Part shown: positions 47,094 to 58,380 of the stretch, piece after piece
How positions within the stretch are numbered: the first letter of the stretch is position 1
Layout: each line of letters opens with the position of its first letter
NCBI GenBank assembly: GCA_017551905.1
Contig: JAFZKK010000123.1
Coordinates: forward strand, 853 to 64,852
Origin: Salinivirgaceae bacterium
GTDB taxonomy: Bacteria > Bacteroidota > Bacteroidia > Bacteroidales > SZUA-534
DNA: 64,000 nt
Reading direction: 5' to 3'
Made by a program: the position numbers and the translations under genes
Notes under the pieces: generated by a model
Database searches by the model: none
Seen by the model: only the letters and a program-made list of their open reading frames with translations
Told to the model about the DNA's origin: nothing

Positions 47094-48083
47094 CTATCCG
47101 ATATACACTTCAAGTAGTTTGGCCTCGCCGCCAACCGGCTTCAGTTCAATTTCCTTCATCTCCGCCGGAATCAGCACCGTTTCGCCTTTGGCAATGCTTA
47201 CAGGCTCGTCGAGTCCGGGCGCGTGAATCTCCGCCTTGCCGCCAACAGCCATATAAACCACAAACGAGTCGATGCGGCCGTAGTCGATTTCAATATCCTT
47301 ATCGAAATTGAGCAAATTGACCGTAAAGAACGGACAACTGACCACCGACGTGCTTCGGTTCATCTTGATTTCGTAGTCGGTTTTGTACGACGGATGAAGC
47401 GTGTAGTCGATAGCATCAACAGCCAAATCGGTGTGCAACTGGCGCGGCTTGCCGTTGGTGTCGAGACGGTCCCAGTCGTAGATGCGATAGGTGATGTCGG
47501 ATGTTTCCTGAATCTCGGCAAGCAATATGCCCGGGCCTATTGAGTGTATACGACCCGAAGGGATGAAGAACGTGTCGCCATGCTTCACCGGTACCCAATT
47601 GAGGATATCACGCAAATGGCCACTGTTCAGATTATCCAGATATTTTTGCTTGTCCATTTCGCAGTTGAAGCCCGAAATCAGTTTGGCATCGTCTTCGGCC
47701 TCAATCACATCCCACATCTCGGTCTTTCCGTGAAGATTGTGGCGCTGCATGGCCAGCTCATCATTAGGGTGAACTTGAATCGACAGATATTCGTCGGCAT
47801 CGATGAATTTGAACAACAACGGAAATTCAGTGCCGAATTTCGAGAACACCTTGTCGCCAACAATGTCGCCCATATAAACCTCAATCAGTTCCTCAATGGT
47901 GTTTCCCTGCAGGAATCCGTTGCTCACAACCGACACATTATTGGTCACGCCCGACAACTCCCAGCTCTCGCCGATGTTCGGTAGCGCGCCTTGCTTCTTG
48001 TTCAGTTCCTTCGCTATTCTGTTTCCTCCCCAAATTTTCTCCTTCAGAATAGGTTCGAATTTCAACGGATATAGAGTGTTCAT
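47094..48083 (-). CDS. manA: Mannose-6-phosphate isomerase, type I
   Basis: YPLKFEPILKEKIWGG, GESWELS, LSIQVHP, GKTEMW and EIQETSDITYRIYD motifs. Start taken at MNTLYPL. Confidence 0.92.
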   Translation of the reverse strand: MNTLYPLKFEPILKEKIWGGNRIAKELNKKQGALPNIGESWELSGVTNNVSVVSNGFLQGNTIEELIEVYMGDIVGDKVFSKFGTEFPLLFKFIDADEYLSIQVHPNDELAMQRHNLHGKTEMWDVIEAEDDAKLISGFNCEMDKQKYLDNLNSGHLRDILNWVPVKHGDTFFIPSGRIHSIGPGILLAEIQETSDITYRIYDWDRLDTNGKPRQLHTDLAVDAIDYTLHPSYKTDYEIKMNRSTSVVSCPFFTVNLLNFDKDIEIDYGRIDSFVVYMAVGGKAEIHAPGLDEPVSIAKGETVLIPAEMKEIELKPVGGEAKLLEVYIG

Positions 48084-48173
48084 TACTTGCGATTTTTCAC
48101 GAAACAAAATTATCAAAAAATCATTTGATTGTCTGCGATGTTTGATATACGATGCCTCTTTAGCGGCAAATGC

Positions 48174-48210
48174 AAAAGAAAGGCGCCCCAAAACGGAGCG
48201 CCTTTCCTTC
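48174..48210 (-). terminator. groEL terminator
   Basis: GAAAGGCGC...GCGCCTTTC inverted repeat just after the groEL stop, with a T-rich tail on the minus strand. Confidence 0.75.
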
Positions 48211-48228
48211 ATATCCGTAATTAAGCGA

Positions 48229-49872
<1,644 letters not shown>

Positions 49873-49880
49873 TTAGATAG

Positions 49881-50165
49881 TTAGAAGATATAGATAATGT
49901 CTTTTGTGTTGATAAGCATATATTTGGTGCCGTCGATTTCGACTTCGGTGCCCGAATATTTGCCGTACATCACGTTGTCGCCAACCTTCACGTCGATAGG
50001 TGTCTCGTCTTTGAGCGGTGCGCCCAGCAGGACGATTTTGCCCTGTGTCGGTTTGTCTTTTGCAGTGTCGGGAATGTAGATTCCGCCTGCTGTCTTTGTC
50101 TCAGCCTCTGCGGGCAACACCAGCGCTTTGCCTGGAATCACCCTACCTTTTAATACTTGTGCCAT
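49881..50165 (-). CDS. groS: Co-chaperonin GroES
   Basis: Mobile loop ETKTAGGIYIPDTAK; VKVGD..YGKYSGTEV; directly upstream of groEL. Confidence 0.92.
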   Translation of the reverse strand: MAQVLKGRVIPGKALVLPAEAETKTAGGIYIPDTAKDKPTQGKIVLLGAPLKDETPIDVKVGDNVMYGKYSGTEVEIDGTKYMLINTKDIIYIF

Positions 50166-50478
50166 TTTTAAATGATATTTAATTAATAAATGTTTTCAAA
50201 TTCCGGCCCGAAAGCCGACGCCATTTTATCATAATCTGTGCCAAAGCCGATTCGCCTGCTTTTTTGTGCCAAAATTGCCGATTTCTGCCACTACCGTATG
50301 ACACCGCACCACTAACTATCTTCCACGCTATGCTCTAACACGCACAAAACAAAACAATCAGGCATAGTGACAAGTTGGCATTTTATCATCGTTTTCATTT
50401 TCATTATTACTTTTTACATATACCACACTCGTTATTCATCTTTCAAGATTATATTTGTTCAATATTTCTCCAATAAAA

Positions 50479-51366
50479 ATGAATCGAGAGCAACAGATAT
50501 ATCGTGCGACATGGGTGGGCTTTTTTGCCAACTTGCTATTGTCGGTGGGAAAGATTGCGGCGGGAATTGTGGGCCGAAGCGGCGCCATGATTGCCGACGG
50601 CATCCATTCCGTATCTGATTTTGTGACAGACCTTGTGGTTATGATTTTCGTCAAGGTATCAGCAATGCCTAAAGACGAGGACCACGACTACGGCCACGGC
50701 AAGTTCGAGACTTTGGCGACTATCATCATCGGACTGGCGCTGTTTGGCGTGGCTGTCGGCATTTTTTGGAAAAACGTGAACCATGTGGCTGCGGTTGCCA
50801 ATGGGCAGAGTATTGAACCGCCCGAGGCAATTGCATTTGCCGCCGCCGCCATTTCCATTTTGGTGAAGGAAGCTCTCTACCGCTATACCCGCTGGGTTGG
50901 CGAGAAGGTCGATTCGCAGGTGGTTGTGGCCAATGCGTGGCATCACCGCTCCGATGCGCTGTCGTCAATCGCCACACTTCTTGGTATCGGCGGCGCCTAC
51001 TTTATTGGTGATAAATGGTGCATTCTCGACCCCATTGCCGCTATTGCCGTGAGCGTTCTGATAGCCAAAGTGGCTTACGACCTTATCAAACCCGGTATAG
51101 GCGAGATGCTTGAGTGCTCGCTGCCAAAGGAACAGGAAGACGAGATTGAACAGATTGTTCTGAACAACAAGCATTTTAGCGATGTCCACAACCTGAAGAC
51201 GCGCCGCATTGGGTCGGGCATCGCCATTGAGCTGCATGTGCGCGTTCCGGGCAACATGACCGTCAGCGAGTCGCACGATGCCACTGTTGATGTGGAGCGG
51301 CGGTTGCGCGAGCATTACGGACAGCGCACTCAGGTTATTTTGCATGTGGAGCCTGTTAAGGTTTAG
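50479..51366 (+). CDS. Cation diffusion facilitator family transporter
   Basis: ADGIHSVSD, HDYGHGKFE, NAWHHRSDA and HVEP motifs; TATATTTG at 50450-50457. Confidence 0.93.
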   Translation: MNREQQIYRATWVGFFANLLLSVGKIAAGIVGRSGAMIADGIHSVSDFVTDLVVMIFVKVSAMPKDEDHDYGHGKFETLATIIIGLALFGVAVGIFWKNVNHVAAVANGQSIEPPEAIAFAAAAISILVKEALYRYTRWVGEKVDSQVVVANAWHHRSDALSSIATLLGIGGAYFIGDKWCILDPIAAIAVSVLIAKVAYDLIKPGIGEMLECSLPKEQEDEIEQIVLNNKHFSDVHNLKTRRIGSGIAIELHVRVPGNMTVSESHDATVDVERRLREHYGQRTQVILHVEPVKV

Positions 51367-51367
51367 G

Positions 51368-52996
51368 CTACTCAAGACCGAATCCACAAAAATCCTCCTT
51401 ACACTCAATCGTGATTTTTTCGCCTGTGGCGGGATGCGTGAATTCTATCCGCTCGGCATGCAGATAAAGCCTGTCGGCGGGTGAGCCATAGAGATTGTCG
51501 CCGATAATAGGGCAGTTCAACCCCGACGGATGCGCCGCATGAACCCTTAGCTGGTGCGTGCGTCCGGTTTCCGGGAGAAATTCGACAACCGTCAGCTTGC
51601 CATTGCCGCCGAGCACCTTGTAGCGCGTTACGGCTTTCCGTCCGTGTTTAAAATCGACAATCTGACGCGGGCGGTCATCAGGATTCAGACGAAGCGGAAG
51701 GCTGACAATGCCTTGTTCTACCGCCGGAATACCTTCAACAACAGCTACATAACGTTTTTTTACTTGGCGGCGCTCAAACAATTGCATCATAGAGACTTGA
51801 GTTTGTTTGTCTTTGGCGAACAACAACACTCCCGATGTCTGCATATCGAGCCGGTGAACGGGTTGAATGTCAGCCGTTTCACCATAAATTTTCTGCAACT
51901 GTGTCAAAGCCGAATCGGCATTGTCTTTTCCGGGAACCGACAATAATCCGGCCGGTTTATTGACAGCCACAAGCCAGTCGTCGTTATAAATGATGCTAAT
52001 TTGCAATTGGTTTTGTTCCAGCTTATTAGGCTCAACATCAAGACCTTGCAGCATAAAACCAAGCAACGGACGGCAACGGTTGTGGCAAGCCGGATAGAAA
52101 TTGCCGTGCTGGCGGATTTCGCCTTCGGGCGAGTCGCCCCACCAAAACTCGCCCATTGCCAACGGTCGCAAACCGTGTTTGTAGGCGTATTGCAGCATTT
52201 TGGGCGCGGCACATTCGCCGGTGGCTGCAGGCGGCACAGAGCCTCGTTCTTCGGTAAAAATGCGGCCAATGGTTTTGCTTTCGCAGCGGGCGTTGAACAC
52301 CACATACTGCTCAAAAAGCCACTGCTGCAAATCCTCCGACATCAGTCGGCGGCGGTTTTTCAGTTGTTCTATTTCTATCTCAAATGTTGATATTTGGCTT
52401 TTCAGACAGTCGGTTTTAGCCGCCCAGAATTGTTGTAAGCGACGGAGTTCGGCTTTCTCAAACTGGCTTTGGCGCGTTAGTTCGGCAAGTTCGGTGGCTG
52501 TTAATGGTTGTTTGCGTCTGCGGTCGCGCTCGGCTTTGTGTTCTTGGTTGACCGATTTTCTTGCCGCTGTTTCGGCTTCGGCTTGAGCTTCGGTTTCGGT
52601 AAGTTGCCGACGGAGTTCAGTCAGTTGTTGTGAGTTTTGAGCGGCTTCAATCTGGCGGTTCAGCTCCGAAATCTGGCTTTCGGTCTGCTTGAAATGACCG
52701 TCGGTTTGGGTGTAATCAAAGATTGGCGGGACAAAGAATGTATGGTTGCCGCTACCGGCTATCAACCCTGAAAAGGCGGCAATGTAGCCCAGCTGTCCGC
52801 TTTTGTTTTGAGCCACCAGCACACCGAACATTTTTCCGGCTTGCAGCTCTGCCTGCCACTCGGTGCGGGCGGCAATGTGTTTCATCAACTCATCGGCAGC
52901 CAGTTGCACCAAAGGGTGTGGCGTATAGCAAAACGGACATGTGAACTGCTCGGGCAGCCGCACATCGTCTGGCAGGTTGTCGAATGGATGAAACAC
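51368..52996 (-). CDS. RluA-family pseudouridine synthase (long Bacteroidetes form)
   Basis: NKPAGLLSVPG, VHRLD..TSG and TGRTHQLRVH motifs; N-terminal GKMFGVL domain and coiled coil. Confidence 0.92.
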   Translation of the reverse strand: MFHPFDNLPDDVRLPEQFTCPFCYTPHPLVQLAADELMKHIAARTEWQAELQAGKMFGVLVAQNKSGQLGYIAAFSGLIAGSGNHTFFVPPIFDYTQTDGHFKQTESQISELNRQIEAAQNSQQLTELRRQLTETEAQAEAETAARKSVNQEHKAERDRRRKQPLTATELAELTRQSQFEKAELRRLQQFWAAKTDCLKSQISTFEIEIEQLKNRRRLMSEDLQQWLFEQYVVFNARCESKTIGRIFTEERGSVPPAATGECAAPKMLQYAYKHGLRPLAMGEFWWGDSPEGEIRQHGNFYPACHNRCRPLLGFMLQGLDVEPNKLEQNQLQISIIYNDDWLVAVNKPAGLLSVPGKDNADSALTQLQKIYGETADIQPVHRLDMQTSGVLLFAKDKQTQVSMMQLFERRQVKKRYVAVVEGIPAVEQGIVSLPLRLNPDDRPRQIVDFKHGRKAVTRYKVLGGNGKLTVVEFLPETGRTHQLRVHAAHPSGLNCPIIGDNLYGSPADRLYLHAERIEFTHPATGEKITIECKEDFCGFGLE

Positions 52997-53008
52997 TATC
53001 GATTATTT

Positions 53009-53281
53009 CTACAGTAGCCGACGGTCGGCAAACTGCTGCGGATTCTTGCGAATGGTATCAGCCAGAACGCGGAAATCGTCGCTCTCGAACTCCTCTTTTG
53101 TCAGTTCGTAGTAGCTGTGCAAATCCTCGCCCTTATCGTCGGGAATCATCACATCCATAACTACCACACCGCTTTTTTTGTAGACGGTGTAGTTGTGCAT
53201 GAAAAAGTCTATCTGGTTTTTTGAACGCACAACATCCAGCTTCGGATTGCTTGCGCTTGCGCCATTTGCTTCGTTTTCCAT
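53009..53281 (-). CDS. Hypothetical protein, 90 aa
   Basis: Fills the gap between co-oriented genes with a plausible composition; no motif. Confidence 0.6.
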   Translation of the reverse strand: MENEANGASASNPKLDVVRSKNQIDFFMHNYTVYKKSGVVVMDVMIPDDKGEDLHSYYELTKEEFESDDFRVLADTIRKNPQQFADRRLL

Positions 53282-53303
53282 TGTTTTAAGTTTTTATGTT
53301 AAT

Positions 53304-54041
53304 TCATTTTTTTCCTGTTAGTTCGGCGGCTTCGTCAGTATCGTCAAAATCAGGCTCGGTGAGCTCTCCGCTTTGCGGCAGCCTGAATTTCAGATAGTGA
53401 ATGGTGTTGCCGTCGTCGATGTGGAGCTGCTCGTAGTATGTCTTTATGTTGAGCACCTCATCAAGCCAAGGCTCGCTGTAGAGGTCGGCCGATTGCCGCT
53501 CGATTGGCAGATTGTTCACACGCGCCACTTCGCATGTGTAACGATAGAGAAACCGACTGTCGGTCTTCAGATTTACCATTCCGCCGTCAATGAGCAACCT
53601 CTTGTACATCGCCAGAAATGCGCTCGATGTGAGCCGTTTTTTGGCCCGGCGTTTTTTCATCTGCGGGTCGGGGAAGGTTATCCAAATCTCATCAACCTCG
53701 CCCGATGCGAAAAACCTGTCGATTATCTCGATGCGGGTGCGCAGAAACGCCACATTGGGCATCTGCTCGGTGTTCGACTGTTTAGCGCCAGTCCATATGC
53801 GAGCGCCTTTTATATCGACGCCGATGAAATTCTTGCCGGGGAACATACGCGCCATGCCAACCGTGTACTCGCCTTTGCCGCAGCCCAACTCAAGCACTAT
53901 CGGGTTGTCGTTTTTAAAGACACTGCTCCGCCAGTTGCCTTTCATCGGGCTTGTATAGTTCAAAAAATCAGCCACTTCGGGTTGAAAAACATTTTCGAAC
54001 GCCGCGTTCTCCCTGAATTTCGCAAGTTTTCCCTTTCCCAC
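53304..54041 (-). CDS. trmB: tRNA (guanine-N7)-methyltransferase
   Basis: LELGCGKGEY, ITFPDPQ and LKTDS motifs. Confidence 0.95.
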   Translation of the reverse strand: MGKGKLAKFRENAAFENVFQPEVADFLNYTSPMKGNWRSSVFKNDNPIVLELGCGKGEYTVGMARMFPGKNFIGVDIKGARIWTGAKQSNTEQMPNVAFLRTRIEIIDRFFASGEVDEIWITFPDPQMKKRRAKKRLTSSAFLAMYKRLLIDGGMVNLKTDSRFLYRYTCEVARVNNLPIERQSADLYSEPWLDEVLNIKTYYEQLHIDDGNTIHYLKFRLPQSGELTEPDFDDTDEAAELTGKK

Positions 54042-54051
54042 TTTGCCGAAG

Positions 54052-54531
54052 TTAGTTGTTCTTTTCGATTCTGATTCCCGCGCTCAACACGTGCGGCAGT
54101 TTCTCAACGCGCATCGCCTGCTCAATATAGAATGTGTAAGTTCCTGATTTTGGAAATTTTACATTCTTTTTGTAATACACGTTGTTTGTCCAGACATTGC
54201 CAAATCCGCTTCCGAGCCATTTGCCGTGGCTGTCGGCCAGTATGCACTCAAGCGTGTCCACTTGATGCGACTTGTCGGGGGCGGCAATGGTGATGAACAG
54301 ATACATGTTGCTGTACGGATATTGACCTGTTATGCGGTTGTTAAACAGTATGTTATAGGCTTGAAGCGTGTCGGTTACCGGAACGCTGAATTCAAGCACG
54401 CTGTCGCGGAGCCACTCCTCGTCGTCCATTACTCGGTTTTGCTCGTAATAGAGCCGACTGTCGCACGATGCCAGCACAGCCAAAAGACTAATTATCGCCG
54501 CTATTCTTATTGCCTTCATTGCGCTGTGCAT
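54052..54531 (-). CDS. gldH: Gliding motility lipoprotein GldH
   Basis: Lipobox LASC; YPYSNMYL, DTLEC.LAD..GKWLGSG and IEQAMR motifs; follows the PSP1 gene as in other Bacteroidetes. Confidence 0.88.
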   Translation of the reverse strand: MHSAMKAIRIAAIISLLAVLASCDSRLYYEQNRVMDDEEWLRDSVLEFSVPVTDTLQAYNILFNNRITGQYPYSNMYLFITIAAPDKSHQVDTLECILADSHGKWLGSGFGNVWTNNVYYKKNVKFPKSGTYTFYIEQAMRVEKLPHVLSAGIRIEKNN

Positions 54532-55672
54532 TATTGCGGTCGCCGCCGTTTGGACGGTTGCCGTGGCGTTTCTTTTTCTTTTTTCTTTTCGATGAGTCGA
54601 AGCGTGTCAGGCTGTCCTGCCCGACCACTTGCGAGAAATCGATTTCAGCTGACGGACGGTTTTCGGTCTCAACATGAGTGTCGAGTTCCACTTTCTCGCC
54701 GCGCTTGTTCATCTCAAGATACTCTTTCACCTTTTCAACAGGTATCGGTATCATATCCAAGCTGTTAGCATCGCCAACCGAGTACCACATCAAGCGGCGG
54801 AACACATCGGTTTTCTGATGATAAGCCTTGCCGGCGGTGGTCATAATCGATGCCTCCGCTGATGGGAAATCCTTGCGCTCGTCGATGTAGGCGTCAACCT
54901 CGTAGTTGAGGCAGCATTTCAGCTTGCAGCACTGGCCAGCCAGCTTCTGCGGATTGAGCGAAAGTTCCTGATAGCGGGCCGCCGTGGTTGTTACCGACAC
55001 AAAATTGCTCATCCAGGTTGAACAGCAAAGCTGACGTCCGCACGAACCGATGCCCCCAATGCGCCCTGCCTCCTGACGAGCACCTATCTGCTTCATTTCG
55101 ATGCGGATGTGGAATCTGTCGGCCAGAATTTTTATAAGCTGGCGGAAATCGACACGGTCGTCGGCAATATAGTAGAAAATGGCTTTGGTCTTGTCGCCCT
55201 GATACTCCACGTCGCCAATCTTCATATCGAGATGAAGGTCAACGGCAATCTTGCGCGACTCAATCATTGTCTCCTTCTCAAGTGCAATGGCCTCCTTCCA
55301 CTTCTCGATGTCGGTGGCTTTGGCCTTGCGGTATATGGTTTTGAATTCGCCTTTCGGATTGATGTTGTATTTGCTAAGCTGGTTCAGCACAAGCTGGCCT
55401 GCAAGCGATATAATGCCGATGTCGTGGCCAGGCGAAGCCTCAACGGCAACAATGTCGCCAGCGGTCAAGTGTAGCCCGTTCGAGTTGTAGTAATAGCCTT
55501 TACGGGTGTTCTTGAATCTGACTTCGTAAATCTCGTTTTTGTTTATCCCTTCGGGAATGTCGTTAAGCCAGTCGAAGACACTCAGCTTGCCGCAGTACGG
55601 CACCTTTGTGTTTGCCGCGGTTTCGGGGTCGATGCTTTCAATAAAGCACCCTCGTGATATATCGTTGCTCAT
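54488..55672 (-). CDS. PSP1-domain / RicT-like protein
   Basis: EVRFKNTRK, DRVDFRQL, GGIGSCGRQLCC and KLAGQCCKLKCCLNYE motifs. Confidence 0.9.
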   Translation of the reverse strand: MSNDISRGCFIESIDPETAANTKVPYCGKLSVFDWLNDIPEGINKNEIYEVRFKNTRKGYYYNSNGLHLTAGDIVAVEASPGHDIGIISLAGQLVLNQLSKYNINPKGEFKTIYRKAKATDIEKWKEAIALEKETMIESRKIAVDLHLDMKIGDVEYQGDKTKAIFYYIADDRVDFRQLIKILADRFHIRIEMKQIGARQEAGRIGGIGSCGRQLCCSTWMSNFVSVTTTAARYQELSLNPQKLAGQCCKLKCCLNYEVDAYIDERKDFPSAEASIMTTAGKAYHQKTDVFRRLMWYSVGDANSLDMIPIPVEKVKEYLEMNKRGEKVELDTHVETENRPSAEIDFSQVVGQDSLTRFDSSKRKKKKKRHGNRPNGGDRNNAQRNEGNKNSGDN

Positions 55673-55752
55673 AATAAACCTTCCTAAAAAGTCGGTAAAT
55701 ATAGTAAAAGTTGGCAGCTTTGAAAGTTGAGTTTTTCAGACAGCCGCCATTG

Positions 55753-56337
55753 TCAGTTGCCCAACTCCTTCAGAAACGTTGCGAAACGCTCCACAGCAAT
55801 GGCGCGGTGGCTTATTTGGTTCTTCTGTTCCGAAGACATTTCGGCAAAAGTTTTGTCGTAGCCGTCGGGAATAAACACGGGGTCGTAGCCGAAACCACCA
55901 GTGCCCGATGTTTTCAAGGCAATTTGCCCACGGACAACACCCTCAAACAGATATTCGTTGTCGCCGATTATAAGGCAGATGACCGTGCGGAACTGCGCGC
56001 GGCGGTTCTCTTCGCCTTCCATAACACGCAACAGCTTCTCCATATTCTTCTCCGAATCGCACTCGGGGCCGGCATACCGCGCCGTGTAAACGCCTGGCTG
56101 TCCGTTCAGTATCTCAACCTCGAGGCCTGTGTCGTCGGCAAAAACACTGTTGCCGCAATGCTCCTTCACATACCGCGCTTTTATGCGAGCGTTGCTCTCA
56201 AGCGTGTCGCCGGTTTCAGGAATATCATCGGTTATGCCTATATCGTCGAGGTCAACCAAATCGTAAAGGTCGCCAATAAGTTTTTTAACCTCACCAAACT
56301 TATGGGCGTTATGTGTTGCAAAAATCAGCTTATTCAT
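55753..56337 (-). CDS. rdgB: Non-canonical purine NTP pyrophosphatase (HAM1 family)
   Basis: FATHNAHK, ADDTGLEV, GFGYDPVF and KNQISHR motifs. Confidence 0.94.
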   Translation of the reverse strand: MNKLIFATHNAHKFGEVKKLIGDLYDLVDLDDIGITDDIPETGDTLESNARIKARYVKEHCGNSVFADDTGLEVEILNGQPGVYTARYAGPECDSEKNMEKLLRVMEGEENRRAQFRTVICLIIGDNEYLFEGVVRGQIALKTSGTGGFGYDPVFIPDGYDKTFAEMSSEQKNQISHRAIAVERFATFLKELGN

Positions 56338-56370
56338 AATCACTTATGTCTTAAAACTTGTAACAAAAAC

Positions 56371-57789
56371 TCACTGCCTGTTTTTCTGCTGGTCGCGATA
56401 GTATTGCAGGAAGCGCTTCTCAAAATCCTCCGACGGTGAGGCGGCCGGCGACATGCACAGATTACCTTCGGTATCTATCAGATAATAAGACGGATAAGCC
56501 TTTACTTTATAACGGTCGAGTACCGTCGGGTCGCCTTTGTAGTCAAGTAGCATCCAGTTGTAATGGTTGCGCTTGAAGTATTTTTTCACCTTGTCGAAAT
56601 CGTCATCAATCGAGATAGACACAACCTGAATCACATCTTTCGTTTTCTCGTTCATAAGCCTCAGCTGCTCAAGACTTTGCGTGCAGGCGTAGCTGTCGAG
56701 CGAAATGAAGTTGAGGTAGATGTATTTCTCGCAGAACTCATCGACGCTGCGATAGACACCGGCTGTATCGGCAAGGCAGAAGGCCGGAGCGGCGGTGCCG
56801 GCTTTGGCTTTAGCGTTTTTCTGCTCAATATTCTCGGCAATGCACTTATGCTGGTCGATTTTTGTTGTGTTCTTTATCGAGTCGAGAGTGATGAGCAAGC
56901 TGCTGGCCTTGAAGTAGTAGTCGTAGAGTGCGTCGTGTATGCTTTTCAAAAGCACCATTTCCTGCAGCGTGTCGTTGGTTACGGCAAGGCAGTTCGACAG
57001 CGTCTGCTTGGCTTTCACCGGGCTTTTTGACAATATCACATCGGAATAGATGCGCTCACCCTCGCGTGTGTTCATATACATTCGCAGGAAGTTGGTGAAC
57101 ATCTGGTTGAACAAATCCATATAAGCCGGATTCTCATATTCAATCGGCTGATTGTCAAAATATTCGCGCGACATATAACGCCAGTCGCGTATATAGCTGA
57201 TGAATTTCAACCATGCGTATTTGTATTGCCTGTAAACGCTGAAAAACTCGTTAGGGATAGAGTCGAACGAGGTTTCCATTGTTTCTATCAGACTGTCGGT
57301 GAATTGCTTATCCGGATTTTTCAACATTCGGTAGTAGTTGCGCTCAAGGCAGTCTTGGTATGTGTAATCGAACAAATCGACATACATGTTCAGATTGTAG
57401 CGGTCAGGGTTTTTAATTCCGACCAGAAACTCATCGGGTGTGAAATATGGGTTGAGTATATCGGCTTTGCTCAATGGCTCATAATCGGGCAGAAGGACGG
57501 TGTAAGTCATTGAGGTGTCGGCATATAAGATGCCGTTGGCGCGTCCCAGTTTGAGTGTCACTCGGCAAGTGCTGGCTATTTTGAGCGGCAGACGGAAATT
57601 GCCCAGACTGTCGGCTACAGTGCTGCCTACCAGCGTGTTGGCGCCCGATATGTAGTCGGTGCAGGCGTAAGCTTCAATCTTCTGATTCCGATAGGTTGGA
57701 TTGCAACCCTCAACAATTGTTGTCTGTGCGGTTGCGGCGGTTGTGGCGGCAATCAGAATCAGCAATAATATGTTTTTTATCGTCCTCAT
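56371..57789 (-). CDS. Periplasmic protein with C-terminal TlpA/redoxin-like domain
   Basis: Signal peptide; GTAAPAFCL, YLNF, VVSISID and AYPSYYLID thioredoxin-fold motifs. Confidence 0.75.
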   Translation of the reverse strand: MRTIKNILLLILIAATTAATAQTTIVEGCNPTYRNQKIEAYACTDYISGANTLVGSTVADSLGNFRLPLKIASTCRVTLKLGRANGILYADTSMTYTVLLPDYEPLSKADILNPYFTPDEFLVGIKNPDRYNLNMYVDLFDYTYQDCLERNYYRMLKNPDKQFTDSLIETMETSFDSIPNEFFSVYRQYKYAWLKFISYIRDWRYMSREYFDNQPIEYENPAYMDLFNQMFTNFLRMYMNTREGERIYSDVILSKSPVKAKQTLSNCLAVTNDTLQEMVLLKSIHDALYDYYFKASSLLITLDSIKNTTKIDQHKCIAENIEQKNAKAKAGTAAPAFCLADTAGVYRSVDEFCEKYIYLNFISLDSYACTQSLEQLRLMNEKTKDVIQVVSISIDDDFDKVKKYFKRNHYNWMLLDYKGDPTVLDRYKVKAYPSYYLIDTEGNLCMSPAASPSEDFEKRFLQYYRDQQKNRQ

Positions 57790-58280
57790 TTCGATTGGTT
57801 GCGACGTTTTAAAACACCTTCGATATCCATTCCCTCCGGCACAAACTGGCTTACGTTGCCGCCATAGGTCAGAATGTCGCGCACAATGGTTGAGTTGACA
57901 GGTGTCAGTTCCGATGTGGTAAGCAAAAAGACCGTCTCAACCTGCGGGTCCATAAGCTGGTTCATCTGCGATATGGCGCACTCGTACTCGAAATCGGACA
58001 CCGTGCGGATGCCGCGAAGCATGAAGTTTGCGCCGATGCTCTTACAGAAATCTATTGTCAGGCCGTCGTAAGCCGTAACTTCAATCTTGGGCTGGTCGGC
58101 ATACACGCCGCGAATCATCTCGATGCGCTCGTCGATAGTGAAGAAACCGTTTTTCTGAGTGTTTTTACCTATGGCTATCACCACTTTGTCGAAAAGCGGA
58201 AGCGCGCGGGTGACAACCGAATGGTGTCCTAAAGTGAATGGGTCGAACGAGCCCGGAAATACTGCTTTGTTTTTTGCCAT
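57786..58280 (-). CDS. coaD: Phosphopantetheine adenylyltransferase
   Basis: FPGSFDPFTLGH and RGIRTVSDFEYE motifs. Start at MAKNK; TATATTTG on the minus strand at 58302-58309. Confidence 0.96.
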   Translation of the reverse strand: MAKNKAVFPGSFDPFTLGHHSVVTRALPLFDKVVIAIGKNTQKNGFFTIDERIEMIRGVYADQPKIEVTAYDGLTIDFCKSIGANFMLRGIRTVSDFEYECAISQMNQLMDPQVETVFLLTTSELTPVNSTIVRDILTYGGNVSQFVPEGMDIEGVLKRRNQSK

Positions 58281-58380
58281 AGCTATCTGCAATTGCGGGT
58301 GCAAATATAAGGTTTAACGATGGTTATTCAAACGCTGTTTTTGATGGTTTATTTGCAGATTTCTTTCAATTTCACAAATT

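Noticed and set aside
48084-48212. N-terminal extension of manA in the ORF track
   Set aside because: It runs through the groEL terminator; family similarity begins at MNTLYPLKF (48083).
50166-50478. Possible tRNA, riboswitch or sRNA in the largest intergenic gaps (also 79-314 and 42505-42666)
   Set aside because: No cloverleaf or recognisable riboswitch consensus by eye; an Infernal/Rfam scan would be needed to exclude sRNAs.
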